A DNA stretch of 64,000 nucleotides from Elstera sp. Lineage in GTDB: Bacteria > Pseudomonadota > Alphaproteobacteria > Elsterales > Elsteraceae. The translations under genes and the position numbers were made by a program. The stretch is taken from positions 40,806-104,805 of the forward strand of contig NZ_JBILQX010000001.1 in NCBI RefSeq assembly GCF_044372965.1. The letters are read 5' to 3'. Under the pieces are notes generated by a model that saw nothing but the letters and a program-made list of their open reading frames with translations, was not told where the DNA came from and searched no databases. Shown here one piece after another: positions 45,242-54,793 of this stretch (the first letter of the stretch is position 1; the number at the start of each line of letters is the position of its first letter).

Positions 45242-46240
45242 GTGAACCTTCCCCCCGTGATGCGCGCGATTGCCATTGAAACCCCCGGTGGGCCGGAGGT
45301 TTTGACCCCTGTTACCATGCCCCGACCCCAGCCTCAGGCGGGCGAGGTCCTGATTAAGGTCGCCGCAGCGGGGGTCAATCGGCCCGACCTGCTGCAACGC
45401 CAGGGCACTTATCCGCCCCCGCCGGGTGCGAGCCCCCTGCCCGGCCTGGAGGTCGCTGGGGTGATTGTCGCGGTGGGGGATGGCGTCGCGCCCACCCGCA
45501 TCGGCGAACGGGTCTGTGCGCTCACCCCCGGCGGCGGCTATGCGGAATACGCAGCGGCCCCCGAGGGCCATTGCCTGCCCGTCCCCGCCGCCCTGTCGAT
45601 GATCGAAGCCGCAGCCCTACCGGAAGGCGCGTTCACAGTCTGGGGCAATGTGTTCGATCGCGGACGGTTGCAACCGGGTGAAACGCTGCTCATCCATGGC
45701 GGCACCTCCGGCATCGGCTCGCTCGCCATTCAAATGGCGAAAGCCCATGGTACCGCCGTGCTGGTCACGGTGGGCTCCGACGAAAAAGCCGCCGCCGCGC
45801 GCGCACTCGGAGCAGATCACGTAATCAACTATCGCACCGAGGATTTCGGGCTGAAAACCCTGGAGGCAACCCAAGGCCGGGGCGCGGATGTGATTCTGGA
45901 TATGGTGGGCGGCCCCTATATTCAGCGGAACATCGACTGCGCGGCGGTTGAAGGACGCATCGTCTTTATCGCTTTTCAGGGAGGATCGAGCGCCGAGGTT
46001 GATTTTCGCAAAGTCATGATGCGCCGCCTCACGCTCACCGGCACCACGCTGCGCCCGCAAAGCATTGCCGCAAAAACACGCCTTGCCGCCGCCCTGACCG
46101 AAACCGTGTGGCCTTGGGTGGAAAAAGGGCTGATTCGCCCCCAGATATACCGTGTTTTCCCGCTCGCCGAAGCCGCCGCCGCGCATGCTTTGCTGGAATC
46201 GGGCGAACCGATTGGAAAAATCGTCTTGGGTTTGGAGTAA
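45242..46240 (+). CDS. qor: NAD(P)H:quinone oxidoreductase (zeta-crystallin / MDR family)
   Basis: GEVLIKVAAAGVNRPDLLQRQGTYPPPPGASPLPGLEVAGV and the nucleotide loop LIHGGTSGIGSLAIQMAK. GTG start. Confidence 0.88.
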   Translation: MNLPPVMRAIAIETPGGPEVLTPVTMPRPQPQAGEVLIKVAAAGVNRPDLLQRQGTYPPPPGASPLPGLEVAGVIVAVGDGVAPTRIGERVCALTPGGGYAEYAAAPEGHCLPVPAALSMIEAAALPEGAFTVWGNVFDRGRLQPGETLLIHGGTSGIGSLAIQMAKAHGTAVLVTVGSDEKAAAARALGADHVINYRTEDFGLKTLEATQGRGADVILDMVGGPYIQRNIDCAAVEGRIVFIAFQGGSSAEVDFRKVMMRRLTLTGTTLRPQSIAAKTRLAAALTETVWPWVEKGLIRPQIYRVFPLAEAAAAHALLESGEPIGKIVLGLE

Positions 46241-46320
46241 CACGCCTGCTATAGACGATTCCATATCGTCCCGGCCCGCCCCCTAAGGCGGGCCGTCGCA
46301 GCTTATAGAGGGTTAGAATC

Positions 46321-46914
46321 ATGCCATTGCCGTTGATGCCGAAAGCCACCGCTGTTTGGCTCGTCGAAAACACGGCGCTGACGTTTGACCAGATCGCCGA
46401 TTTTTGCGGTCTGCATATGCTCGAAATCCAAGCCATCGCCGATGGTGAGGTTGCGGGCGGCATGCAGGGCCTCGATCCGATCATCAACGGTCAGCTCACC
46501 CACGAAGAAATCAAGCGCTGCGAGGCCGATACAAAGACCAAGCTGAAGCTTTTGGTCAGTAATCTGCCGCAGCCGATGGTGCGAACCAAGGGCGGGCGCT
46601 ATACGCCGATTGCCAAACGCCAAGATAAGCCCGACGCGATTGCCTGGCTGGTGCGGAACTATCCCGACATCACCGATGGGCAGATTTCCAAACTGCTGGG
46701 CACGACCAAGACGACCATCGCCTCGATCCGCGAGCGTAGCCATTGGAACATCAGCAATATTAAGGCGCGTGACCCGATTCAATTGGGTCTCTGCTCCTAT
46801 GCCGCGCTGCAAGAGGTACTGGATACGCTGCGCCGCCAAGGCAAGCATATTCCCGACCAACTGCCGGTCGAAGGCGAAGAAATCCATAACGAGCCGCCCG
46901 AATTTACGCTCTAA
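46321..46914 (+). CDS. DUF1013 domain protein (annotated in some genomes as cell-cycle transcriptional regulator TrcR)
   Basis: MPLPLMPKATAVWLVENTALTFDQIADFCGLHMLEIQAIADGEVA... and a second copy of the module, DAIAWLVRNYPDITDGQISKLLGTTKTTIASIRERSHWN. Confidence 0.8.
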   Translation: MPLPLMPKATAVWLVENTALTFDQIADFCGLHMLEIQAIADGEVAGGMQGLDPIINGQLTHEEIKRCEADTKTKLKLLVSNLPQPMVRTKGGRYTPIAKRQDKPDAIAWLVRNYPDITDGQISKLLGTTKTTIASIRERSHWNISNIKARDPIQLGLCSYAALQEVLDTLRRQGKHIPDQLPVEGEEIHNEPPEFTL

Positions 46915-46991
46915 GACTGCATCCAGACCTTCGGCTGGCCCGTAAGGCCGATTGATCTAATCCAGTTCGGCGCGGGCTGCGTATCAAGAGT

Positions 46992-48374
46992 ATGCAGCCC
47001 AACACCGCTCCTACGCTTTCCGGCCCCGCTTTAGCCGCTTATGCCGCGCCCGCCCTACCGTTGGCTGCGCTGGCCGTGCCGCTGTATATCTATCTCCCCA
47101 CGCTTTACGCCGAAACCCTAGGCCTCGGGCTGACCCTCGTCGGAACGTTGCTGTTGCTCGCCCGGGTTTTCGATGCGCTGACCGATCCGCTTGTCGGCGT
47201 GTTGGCCGACCGTTTTCCCCGGCGGAAACCCTGGCTTCTCGGCGCGCTTCCCCTAGTTTGCGTGTCGGTTTGGGCGCTGTTTTTCCCGCCCGAGGGCGCG
47301 GGCGGAGCCCATTTGCTTGGGTGGAGTCTGGCGCTGTATCTTGGCTGGACCGCCCTGCAAGTGCCCTATCTCGCGTGGGGCACCGACCTCACGCAGGCTT
47401 ACCATGGCCGCACACGGGTTGCGGGCGCGCGGGAAGCCGCCTTGCTGATTGGCACGCTCGCAGCGACCATCCTGCCCGCCGCCCTCGGCCTGACTGGGCT
47501 TGCGGCGGTGAATGTGCTCGGGGGGATGATTCTGGTGCTGCTGATCCCGGCGGTTCTGCTCGCCTGCTGGCGATTGCCGGAAAAACGCACCCCGCCCGCG
47601 CCCAAACCCTCGCGGAAAGAGGCCTGGCGGCTCCTGATCACGAATAAACCGTTCCGGCTGTTGCTCGCGGCCTATCTGCTGAATGGCATCGCCAACGGCC
47701 TGCCCGCGACGCTGTTTCTGAGTTTTGTTGGCGACCGTCTTGGCGCGCCCGAAGCCACCGGCCCGGCCCTGGCGCTCTATTTCATCTCGGGGCTTGCGGG
47801 CGTGCCGCTGTGGTTGTGGCTCAGCCGTCGCTGGGGGAAACATCGGGCGTGGCGAACCGGCCTACTGCTCTCCTGCGTCGCGTTTCTGCCCGCGCCGTTC
47901 TTGAGCCTCGGTGACGCCCCGATTTTCTTCGTCCTCGCCGTCGCGACAGGGTTCATGATGGGGGCCGACCTGATCCTGCCGCCCGCGATGCAGGCCGATG
48001 TGATCGAAGCCGATGCGCTGGCCGGCGGCGGCGACCGGGCCGGGCTCTACTTCGCCCTCTGGGGCATGGCGACGAAAGCCTCGTTGGCGCTGGCGGTTGG
48101 CCTTGCCTTTCCGCTGCTCGATCTTGCCGGGTTCGTGCCGGGAACAAATACCTCGCCCGGCGGTTGGGCTTTAGCCGCCCTCTACGGCGGTGCGCCGCTG
48201 TTGTTCAAACTTTTGGCCTGGCTGTTGTTGCGCGGCTATGCGCTCGACGAAGCCGCCCTCACCCGCCTCCGCCCTGCTTCAGGAGTATCCCCATGGTCCG
48301 CCGATGGCTCTACGCCGCCCCAATCGTCCTTTTCTTTGGCGCCTTTGCCCTGCTCACAGGATGCAGCACGATGA
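46992..48374 (+). CDS. MFS transporter (glycoside-pentoside-hexuronide-like)
   Basis: 12 hydrophobic segments and ARVFDALTDPLVGVLADR (GPH/MFS loop 2-3 motif). Confidence 0.85.
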   Translation: MQPNTAPTLSGPALAAYAAPALPLAALAVPLYIYLPTLYAETLGLGLTLVGTLLLLARVFDALTDPLVGVLADRFPRRKPWLLGALPLVCVSVWALFFPPEGAGGAHLLGWSLALYLGWTALQVPYLAWGTDLTQAYHGRTRVAGAREAALLIGTLAATILPAALGLTGLAAVNVLGGMILVLLIPAVLLACWRLPEKRTPPAPKPSRKEAWRLLITNKPFRLLLAAYLLNGIANGLPATLFLSFVGDRLGAPEATGPALALYFISGLAGVPLWLWLSRRWGKHRAWRTGLLLSCVAFLPAPFLSLGDAPIFFVLAVATGFMMGADLILPPAMQADVIEADALAGGGDRAGLYFALWGMATKASLALAVGLAFPLLDLAGFVPGTNTSPGGWALAALYGGAPLLFKLLAWLLLRGYALDEAALTRLRPASGVSPWSADGSTPPQSSFSLAPLPCSQDAAR

Positions 48375-48904
48375 AACCGCAGGATTTCGCCAATACCACC
48401 CCCCGCTTCGTCGTCGAAGAATATTTCGCCGGAAAGACCAAGGCCTGGGGCATTTTCGAGGATCGGTTCGGGAATTTGCGCCGCGACTTTATCGTCGAAA
48501 TCACCGGCACCTGGGACGGTAAAATCCTGACGCTGGACGAGGATTTCACCTATAGCGACGGCGAGAAGGACCGGCGGATCTGGACCATCGTCAAGAAGGA
48601 CGAGCATACCTACGAGGGCCGCGCTGCCGATGTCGTCGGCATCGCTACCGGGCTCGCTTACGGGAAGGCCCTCAACTGGCGCTATGATTTGAACCTCAAA
48701 GTCGGCGACGGCACCTGGCGCGTCGCCTTCAACGATTGGATGTTCCTGGCCGATAAGGACACGCTGATTAACCGCGCCCGCGTGTCGAAATTCGGCATCG
48801 AGATCGGCGAGGTCACGCTGTTTTTCCGCAAAGAACCCGCTGCCGCCCAGCGCACCGGCGCGCTTGAACCCTGGGCGGGGCAAGGAGTCGCTGCGGCTCA
48901 ATAA
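48293..48904 (+). CDS. DUF3833 family lipoprotein
   Basis: MVRRWLYAAPIVLFFGAFALLTGCS lipobox and FVVEEYFAGKTKAWGIFEDRFGNLRRDF. The ATG at 48293 is Met44 of the ORF. It overlaps the MFS 3' end by 82 nt. Confidence 0.8.
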   Translation: MVRRWLYAAPIVLFFGAFALLTGCSTMKPQDFANTTPRFVVEEYFAGKTKAWGIFEDRFGNLRRDFIVEITGTWDGKILTLDEDFTYSDGEKDRRIWTIVKKDEHTYEGRAADVVGIATGLAYGKALNWRYDLNLKVGDGTWRVAFNDWMFLADKDTLINRARVSKFGIEIGEVTLFFRKEPAAAQRTGALEPWAGQGVAAAQ

Positions 48905-49017
48905 TTTTGCCCCCGCTTAGGGACAAAATTACTTGCGGCATTTCGAAAGGCTCATTATACATGTCCCCGTACAGGGACATTGGATAGACCATTCCCTGAT
49001 TACTCAGGGAAACCGCT

Positions 49018-49638
49018 ATGCTCGCTCATCCGCCCACCCTCGCCCTTTTATCGCTGCTGCTGCTCGGGGCTTGCGCCAATCAACAAACCACCAATACCGG
49101 CTTCATCCAGGCGCAGGCCGGAAAGCCGGTCACTTTGGTCGCCGATGCCGAGGACGCCGACCGCAAAATCTTCACCGCCCCTCCGGCCGTGCTGGCAGGC
49201 TACCATAGCTTCATTCTCGATGAGGTCGCGCTGCGCCCCGGCCCGCAGGTGCCCGCCGATACCGCCACCGAGGTGCGGGACGATCTGAAGCAAACCTATG
49301 CCGATGCGTTGCGCCAGGCGTTCGGGGCGCGGCTGAAGCAGGTGCAGCAGCCCGGCCCCGGCGTTCTGCGGGTCAAAGCGGCGATCACTGGGTTTGAGCG
49401 GGCGAATGTCGCGCTGAATGTCGTCACCTCCACCCTTGTCGGCCCCGTGACCGCAGGCGGGGCGGCGTCGGAGGCCGTGGTTATCGATAGCCAGACCCAG
49501 GCCCCGGTTCTTGCGCTCGCCACCCATTCCAATGGCACGCCCCTGATGGGCGGCCCCGTCGGCTATTTCACCCAACACGGTCACGCCCGCCATGCTGAGG
49601 CGCTGGCCGGGCTGATGGCCCCAGTAGCGGCGCGTTAG
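49018..49638 (+). CDS. Lipoprotein (DUF3313-like)
   Basis: LALLSLLLLGAC lipobox. Family name from memory. Confidence 0.65.
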   Translation: MLAHPPTLALLSLLLLGACANQQTTNTGFIQAQAGKPVTLVADAEDADRKIFTAPPAVLAGYHSFILDEVALRPGPQVPADTATEVRDDLKQTYADALRQAFGARLKQVQQPGPGVLRVKAAITGFERANVALNVVTSTLVGPVTAGGAASEAVVIDSQTQAPVLALATHSNGTPLMGGPVGYFTQHGHARHAEALAGLMAPVAAR

Positions 49639-49655
49639 GGCGGGGAGATCGGATC

Positions 49656-50054
49656 ATGCTGCGATTGCTCGCCCCCGTCCTCACGAGCCTCGGTCTCGTC
49701 GCCTGTGCCGCTGGCGCGCAGGTTGGCGAAAAAAGCGCGAAAGATTTTTCAGAACGCACGGAAGTGGTCAACCTAACCAGCCAGGCCCCCGCCGCGCAGG
49801 TCGCCCGATGTTTTGAAACCCAGGCCCGCCTCCTACCACTCTCAACCGTCACCTACGAGGCCGATACGCGCCTCTACCGCTACCGGCTGAAAACCTATGA
49901 TCTGTGGTTGGAAGAAGCTGAGTTTAGCGATACAGCCACAGGCGGATCGCAGGTGCGATTTCGCTATGCCGCCAACTATGATGCCGGGTGGCGCAAGATG
50001 CTGGAGCGCGACCGCCTCGGCCCGCTGAAAGCCTGCACGGACGCGAAGGGATGA
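49656..50054 (+). CDS. Small lipoprotein / secreted hypothetical protein
   Basis: MLRLLAPVLTSLGLVACAAG lipobox-like signal. Follows the previous lipoprotein gene by 17 nt. Confidence 0.55.
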   Translation: MLRLLAPVLTSLGLVACAAGAQVGEKSAKDFSERTEVVNLTSQAPAAQVARCFETQARLLPLSTVTYEADTRLYRYRLKTYDLWLEEAEFSDTATGGSQVRFRYAANYDAGWRKMLERDRLGPLKACTDAKG

Positions 50055-50680
50055 GCATCATGACCGAAAACGAAACCAATCCACAGCGCCCGCGCAACCG
50101 TTCGGCCACCGAAACCCGGATTTTGGACGCGGCCCGCGTCATCATCGCCCGCGACGGCTTTACCGCCCTCGGCGTGAACGCCGTCGCCGCCGAAGCGGGG
50201 TGCGATAAAAAACTGATCACGCGCTATTTCGGCGGGATTGAAGGGGTTGTGGAAACCTTGGGCGGCGATCTTGGGTTTTGGGTCGGCCCGGTCCCGCCCA
50301 AAGCGCAGCCCAATACCTCCTACGCCGACCGAATGGCCGAGTTGCTCACCGCCTATCAGGCGACACTGACCGATAATGATTTGCTCCAGCGCGTGCTTGC
50401 CGCCGAACTGGATAGCCCTTCCGCCGCGCTACTCGCCGTCGAACAGAAGCGCACTATAGCGATGGGGCAGTGGATGGCCGAAGCGCGCGGCCCGCTCACC
50501 CCGCCCGAGGGGATTGATGCCCCTGCGATCAATGCGGTCTTGCTGGCAGCTTTGCATTATCTCACGCTGCGCACGCGCACCACGGGCAGTTTCGCCGGGG
50601 TCGATCTCACTTCGGAAGCCGGGCGGAACCGGATTTACGCGGCACTGCAAACGCTGCTCAAACAGGGGCTCGCCCCATGA
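50051..50680 (+). CDS. TetR/AcrR-family transcriptional regulator
   Basis: ETRILDAARVIIARDGFTALGVNAVAAEAGCDKKLITRYFGGIEGV HTH. The ATG at 50051 overlaps the previous stop (ATGA). Confidence 0.85.
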   Translation: MSIMTENETNPQRPRNRSATETRILDAARVIIARDGFTALGVNAVAAEAGCDKKLITRYFGGIEGVVETLGGDLGFWVGPVPPKAQPNTSYADRMAELLTAYQATLTDNDLLQRVLAAELDSPSAALLAVEQKRTIAMGQWMAEARGPLTPPEGIDAPAINAVLLAALHYLTLRTRTTGSFAGVDLTSEAGRNRIYAALQTLLKQGLAP

Positions 50681-51396
50681 ACGGCGCGCGGGGGCGGACT
50701 ATCGGCCCAATCGTTATCCTCTTCATCCTTGCGCTCAACCTGCCTTACGCCACACTCATCGAACTCTTCGGTTATGACGATATTCTGCGCGAACCCACGG
50801 GGGTAACGCTGGCGGCCTTTCGCGCAGGCGGCCCCCCCCTGCTGCTCGCGTGGCTCGGGTTTGCCGCAGGCGCGCTGCTGTTCGCGCCGCTCGCCGGGCT
50901 GCTGGAGCGGGCGATTGGCCTGCGGGCGGGCTGGACCGGGCAGGCCTCCGCCGTCGCCCAAACCGTCGGCCTTGCCCGCTGGGTGTTCATCGTGCCCCTT
51001 TTGGCGGAGGCACAAAAGGATGCCCCGCCGCCACTCGCGGCAACGATTGATCTGCTTTATCGCGCCCAACATCAAATGTTCGGCACGTTCATTGGGGAAA
51101 TTCTCGGGCAAATCCTGCTCGCCGCCTGGACCGCCCGCGTGGCGCGCCACCTTTGGAGCTTGAACCGACCGCTGGCGCTGATGGGGGCGGCGACCCTGCC
51201 GCTGTGGGTCTTAGGATTATCCGAGCCGCTGGCGACTGTCTTTCGGAGCCTGCCAGGAATCGAAGTAACGCCGCTCGCCTTTATCGGCTGGCAAGCGTGG
51301 TTGCTGTGGTTCGGTGGCTGGTTAATCTGGCGGAAGGGATCGCGACTATGCGGCGGAGGCTATTTTCCGCCGCAACAAGCGCAACACCCAACCTAG
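50677..51396 (+). CDS. Integral membrane protein (possibly DUF4386-like)
   Basis: Six hydrophobic segments. The start overlaps the TetR stop (ATGA). The family call is tentative. Confidence 0.5.
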   Translation: MNGARGRTIGPIVILFILALNLPYATLIELFGYDDILREPTGVTLAAFRAGGPPLLLAWLGFAAGALLFAPLAGLLERAIGLRAGWTGQASAVAQTVGLARWVFIVPLLAEAQKDAPPPLAATIDLLYRAQHQMFGTFIGEILGQILLAAWTARVARHLWSLNRPLALMGAATLPLWVLGLSEPLATVFRSLPGIEVTPLAFIGWQAWLLWFGGWLIWRKGSRLCGGGYFPPQQAQHPT

Positions 51397-51780
51397 GACG
51401 GGCAGTTTCTCGTAAAAGCCGCTCGCCGCGTCCCAATGGTCGCGGTAGAGGCGCACACGGCCTTCATCGTTAAAATAAATCTCGCTCATGCCGTCGAATT
51501 CGAACATTTGCCCGCCTTGGCGGCGATCGCCTTCAAAACGCCAGCGCAGATACCAGGCATTGCCTGACCAGGCGCGGTCGATCACCGTAAAGCGGACGTT
51601 CTTGAGCGATACGAAAATCGCAGCGAACACCCGCTGCATCGCCTGCGCCCCACTGACATCGTGAAACGGATCGATAAAGCGCACGTCGCTTGCTACGAGA
51701 TCCAGGATCTGCGGCACGGTTTCCGCCGTCAGGGTCTCCAAATACTGCTGAAACGGCTCAATAGGCGGCACGCTGGTCAT
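51346..51780 (-). CDS. NTF2-like (SnoaL-type) family protein
   Basis: VASDVRFIDPFHDVSGAQAMQRVF...WYLRWRFEG...GMSEIYFNDEGRVRLYRDHWD. Confidence 0.7.
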   Translation of the reverse strand: MTSVPPIEPFQQYLETLTAETVPQILDLVASDVRFIDPFHDVSGAQAMQRVFAAIFVSLKNVRFTVIDRAWSGNAWYLRWRFEGDRRQGGQMFEFDGMSEIYFNDEGRVRLYRDHWDAASGFYEKLPVLGWVLRLLRRKIASAA

Positions 51781-51783
51781 GTT

Positions 51784-52539
51784 TTACAATCCTGTCGAAA
51801 CCCCGGTCTGGCGGGCAACCAGCGCAAAATAGAGCCGATAGGGCAAGAGGCGAAGCAGTTTCAAGATAAAGACGAACCGGCGCGGAAAAGCGATTTCGAA
51901 CCCATCCCCCTCAAGTCCGGCCAAAATTCGCGCCGCCGCCGCCTCGGGCGTCATCAAAAACGGCATCGGAAAATCATTCTTATCGGTCAAGGGGGTACGC
52001 ACGAAGCCAGGGTGGATAACCTGCACGCGCACGCCAACCCCCGCGAGGTCCAAGCGCAAGGATTCCGCCAGCGCCGTCACCGCTGCCTTGCTGGCGCAAT
52101 AGGCCCCGGCTTTCGGCAGACCGCGATAGGCGGCAACCGACGAAACCAGCGCCACCCGCCCGCTTTTACGGGCCGTAAAGCGCGGCAGAATTGCGGCGAC
52201 GCTGTTAATGGCCCCGCCCAGGTTCACCCCAATCAGCCGGTCGTAAACGCTGGGATCGAAGGCGGCCCCATCCGTCGGCTGATGGGTGCCCGCGTTGAGC
52301 ACCGCCACTGTAATTGGCCCCTGTGCAGCTTCCACCGCGTCCACCACGGCGGCAAGGCCAGCCCGATCGGTGATATCGCCGGGGAAGGTCGAAATCCGCC
52401 CGCCGCCCTCGGCCACCAAGGCCGCGAGCTCCTCCGTCCCGCGCGCCGTCGCCGAGACCGTCCAGCCGCGCTGGGCTGCCGCGAGCGCTACTGCCCGGCC
52501 AATACCTTGGCTCGCGCCGGTAATCCACAGATGGGTCAT
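51784..52539 (-). CDS. SDR-family oxidoreductase
   Basis: WITGASQGIGRAVA (TGxxxGIG), NAG, and YCASKAAV (YxxxK). Confidence 0.9.
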   Translation of the reverse strand: MTHLWITGASQGIGRAVALAAAQRGWTVSATARGTEELAALVAEGGGRISTFPGDITDRAGLAAVVDAVEAAQGPITVAVLNAGTHQPTDGAAFDPSVYDRLIGVNLGGAINSVAAILPRFTARKSGRVALVSSVAAYRGLPKAGAYCASKAAVTALAESLRLDLAGVGVRVQVIHPGFVRTPLTDKNDFPMPFLMTPEAAAARILAGLEGDGFEIAFPRRFVFILKLLRLLPYRLYFALVARQTGVSTGL

Positions 52540-54089
52540 GGCTGAATCTCCAAGGTTTTGAAAAAGCAGCGCGAATCGTCCAAAATGGCGGCGCGGCGCT
52601 CGTCGGTCAGTTTGTCGAGGGTGCGGTAGGGCATGGCAAGGCGCGGGTTTCGCCCCAGCTTATCGCGGTGCTCGATCAGGAAGTTCCAGTAGAGATAGTT
52701 GAACGGGCAGGCTTTCGGGCCGTTCTTTTTGGCAACATCGAAGCGGCAGCGCTCGCAGTAATTCGACATTTTATCGATATAGGCCCCGCTCGCCGCATAG
52801 GGCTTGCTCGCCATCACCCCGCCATCGGCAAACAGCGCCATGCCGATAACGTTCGGCAGTTCCACCCATTCCACTGCATCGGCATAGACCGCCAAATACC
52901 ATTCGGCGACTTCCGCCGGGCGCGCGCCGATGAGAAGCGCGAAATTGCCGGTAATCATCAGGCGTTGGATATGGTGGGCATAGGCCGTGCGCTTGGTTTG
53001 ATCGATCACTTGGCGCAGGCAGTTCATCTCGGTCGCGGCCGACCAGTAGAAGCCCGGCAAGGGGCGCTCGGCCCCGAAGAAATTCACCTCGGCATAGGCG
53101 GGCATATGCCGCCAATAGAGCCCGCGCACATATTCGCGCCACCCCAAGATTTGCCGGATGAAGCCTTCCGCCGCATTCAGCGGCACGCGCCCGGCGCGGT
53201 ATTCGGCCTCCGCGCGGTCGCAAACGGCTTTCGGATCGAGCAGACCGATATTGAGATACAGGGCGATGCGGGCATGAAACAGCACGTCGCCCCCCTCAGG
53301 GGTTCTGTCCTGGCGCATCGCGTCCTGATAGGTGCCGAAGTTCGGCAGGGCGTGGCGGCAAAAATGCTGAAAGGCGGCGTCGGCATCAGTGGCGGTCACG
53401 GCGTAATCGAACCCGGCCAAATCGCCGAAATGATTGGCAAAGCGCGCTTCAACCAGCGCGAGCACCGCGTGCGTGATCGCATCCGGGGCAACCCGAAACA
53501 GCGGCGGCGCGGGAACCTCAGCGGGCAACGCGCCTCGGTTCTCCGCATCGAAATTCCACGCAGCCCCCTCCGGCTTGCCGTCAGCGGTCAGCAGAATCCC
53601 GGTGCGGCGGCGCATATCGCGGTAGAAATATTCCATCCGCAGGCCCTTACGGCCTTCGGCCCAAGCGGCAAACTCGGTGCGCGAACAAAGGAACTGATCA
53701 TCGGGGCGCATGTCGACGGGCAGCCCGAAGCGGCCCTGCCAGCTTTGCACTTCTTCCCACAGCCGCCACTCGCCCGGTGCCGTGAGGATCAGTCGATCCG
53801 GTTGAAGCGCCGCCTGAGCCCGCGCCACCGCGTCGGCCAGCGTCTCACAAGGGTTTGGGTCATCGAGGGCGATGTAGAAAACGCGAATCCCGCGCGCCCG
53901 CAAATCTTCAGCGAAATGGCGCATGGCCGACAGGAAAAAGGCGATTTTCTTGGGATGATGCGGCACATAGCGAGTTTCGGCGGCCACCTCCGCCATAAGC
54001 ACCCAATCCTGCGCCGGATCGATATCCCGTAAGGCTGATAGGTTTAGCGTGAGTTGATCGCCGAGAACCAGACGGAGCGCGCCGCTCAT
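52536..54089 (-). CDS. Cryptochrome/photolyase family protein of the Fe-S cluster type (FeS-BCP, PhrB/CryB-like)
   Basis: COG3046-like N-terminus (LRLVLGDQL). C-terminal Cys triad CERC-x12-C (YCERCRFDVAKKNGPKACPFNYLYWNF) has the C-x2-C-x12-C spacing of the 4Fe-4S ligands described for PhrB. Confidence 0.82.
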   Translation of the reverse strand: MSGALRLVLGDQLTLNLSALRDIDPAQDWVLMAEVAAETRYVPHHPKKIAFFLSAMRHFAEDLRARGIRVFYIALDDPNPCETLADAVARAQAALQPDRLILTAPGEWRLWEEVQSWQGRFGLPVDMRPDDQFLCSRTEFAAWAEGRKGLRMEYFYRDMRRRTGILLTADGKPEGAAWNFDAENRGALPAEVPAPPLFRVAPDAITHAVLALVEARFANHFGDLAGFDYAVTATDADAAFQHFCRHALPNFGTYQDAMRQDRTPEGGDVLFHARIALYLNIGLLDPKAVCDRAEAEYRAGRVPLNAAEGFIRQILGWREYVRGLYWRHMPAYAEVNFFGAERPLPGFYWSAATEMNCLRQVIDQTKRTAYAHHIQRLMITGNFALLIGARPAEVAEWYLAVYADAVEWVELPNVIGMALFADGGVMASKPYAASGAYIDKMSNYCERCRFDVAKKNGPKACPFNYLYWNFLIEHRDKLGRNPRLAMPYRTLDKLTDERRAAILDDSRCFFKTLEIQP

Positions 54090-54790
54090 TGTGCCGCAGA
54101 AGCTATGGCAGGCGCGGGCTTTGCCCCGTCGGGCAGCAGCGCCACCGTGGTGGGCGTGTTCCGGCGGTAGCGGATTTTAGAGCCGCGCGCTACGAACTCC
54201 AACCCGGCCCATTCGCCGTTCGGAAGATACCAAAGGTCCAGCTCCAGATCGCCGCTGACCCGATAGCGCGCGGCTTTCTCAAGGGAGCCTGCCACTGTGA
54301 TGGTCTCGTCACCAAGCCGCTGAATGGCGACCTTACGTAAGCGCCCGCTTTGGGTATCGAGCCAGGTATCGCGGTCCAGCGCTGCGCGGTGCCAGTAGCT
54401 CGTCGGCAGAATGTCTTTCGGCAGCGGGCTTGTCGCCTCGCCCTGTTGTAGCCGGAAGCTCTCGGGCAACGCGCCCCCGATAACCCGAAAAGCGTCGCCA
54501 TCATCATCGGTGGTCGTTTCTATCCGGGTCAGGCGGCCATTTTGCCAAGCTTCGCGGTTGCGGTGTGTATAGCGAAACACCGTAAGCGGGCCGAAATCCA
54601 CCTTCAAATCAATCGCGATGTCCACCTTCAAATCTTCAGCCGACCCGGAGAATTTGACGCTGTGGGTGCCGAACGGTGCGCCGTCGCGCTCCACGGTAAA
54701 CGCCAATTCGCGCGGCGGGGCTTGCTGGGCCGAAACGGCGGGGGCCAAAAGCAGCCCGCCCGCTAACGCTAAACCGAAGAGCGTGCGCAT
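54086..54790 (-). CDS. Secreted beta-rich protein (DUF6134-like)
   Basis: Signal peptide MRTLFGLALAGGLLLAPAVSAQ. LAFTVERDGAPFGTHSVKF...FRYTHRNREAWQNGRL. Family from memory. Confidence 0.6.
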   Translation of the reverse strand: MRTLFGLALAGGLLLAPAVSAQQAPPRELAFTVERDGAPFGTHSVKFSGSAEDLKVDIAIDLKVDFGPLTVFRYTHRNREAWQNGRLTRIETTTDDDGDAFRVIGGALPESFRLQQGEATSPLPKDILPTSYWHRAALDRDTWLDTQSGRLRKVAIQRLGDETITVAGSLEKAARYRVSGDLELDLWYLPNGEWAGLEFVARGSKIRYRRNTPTTVALLPDGAKPAPAIASAAQ

Positions 54791-54793
54791 CGC

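Noticed and set aside
46272-46295. Hairpin CGGCCCGCC-CCCTAA-GGCGGGCCG after qor, as an intrinsic terminator
   Set aside because: The stem is good, but no T-run follows on the + strand, so I did not list it as a terminator. It may still act as an RNA-stabilising structure.
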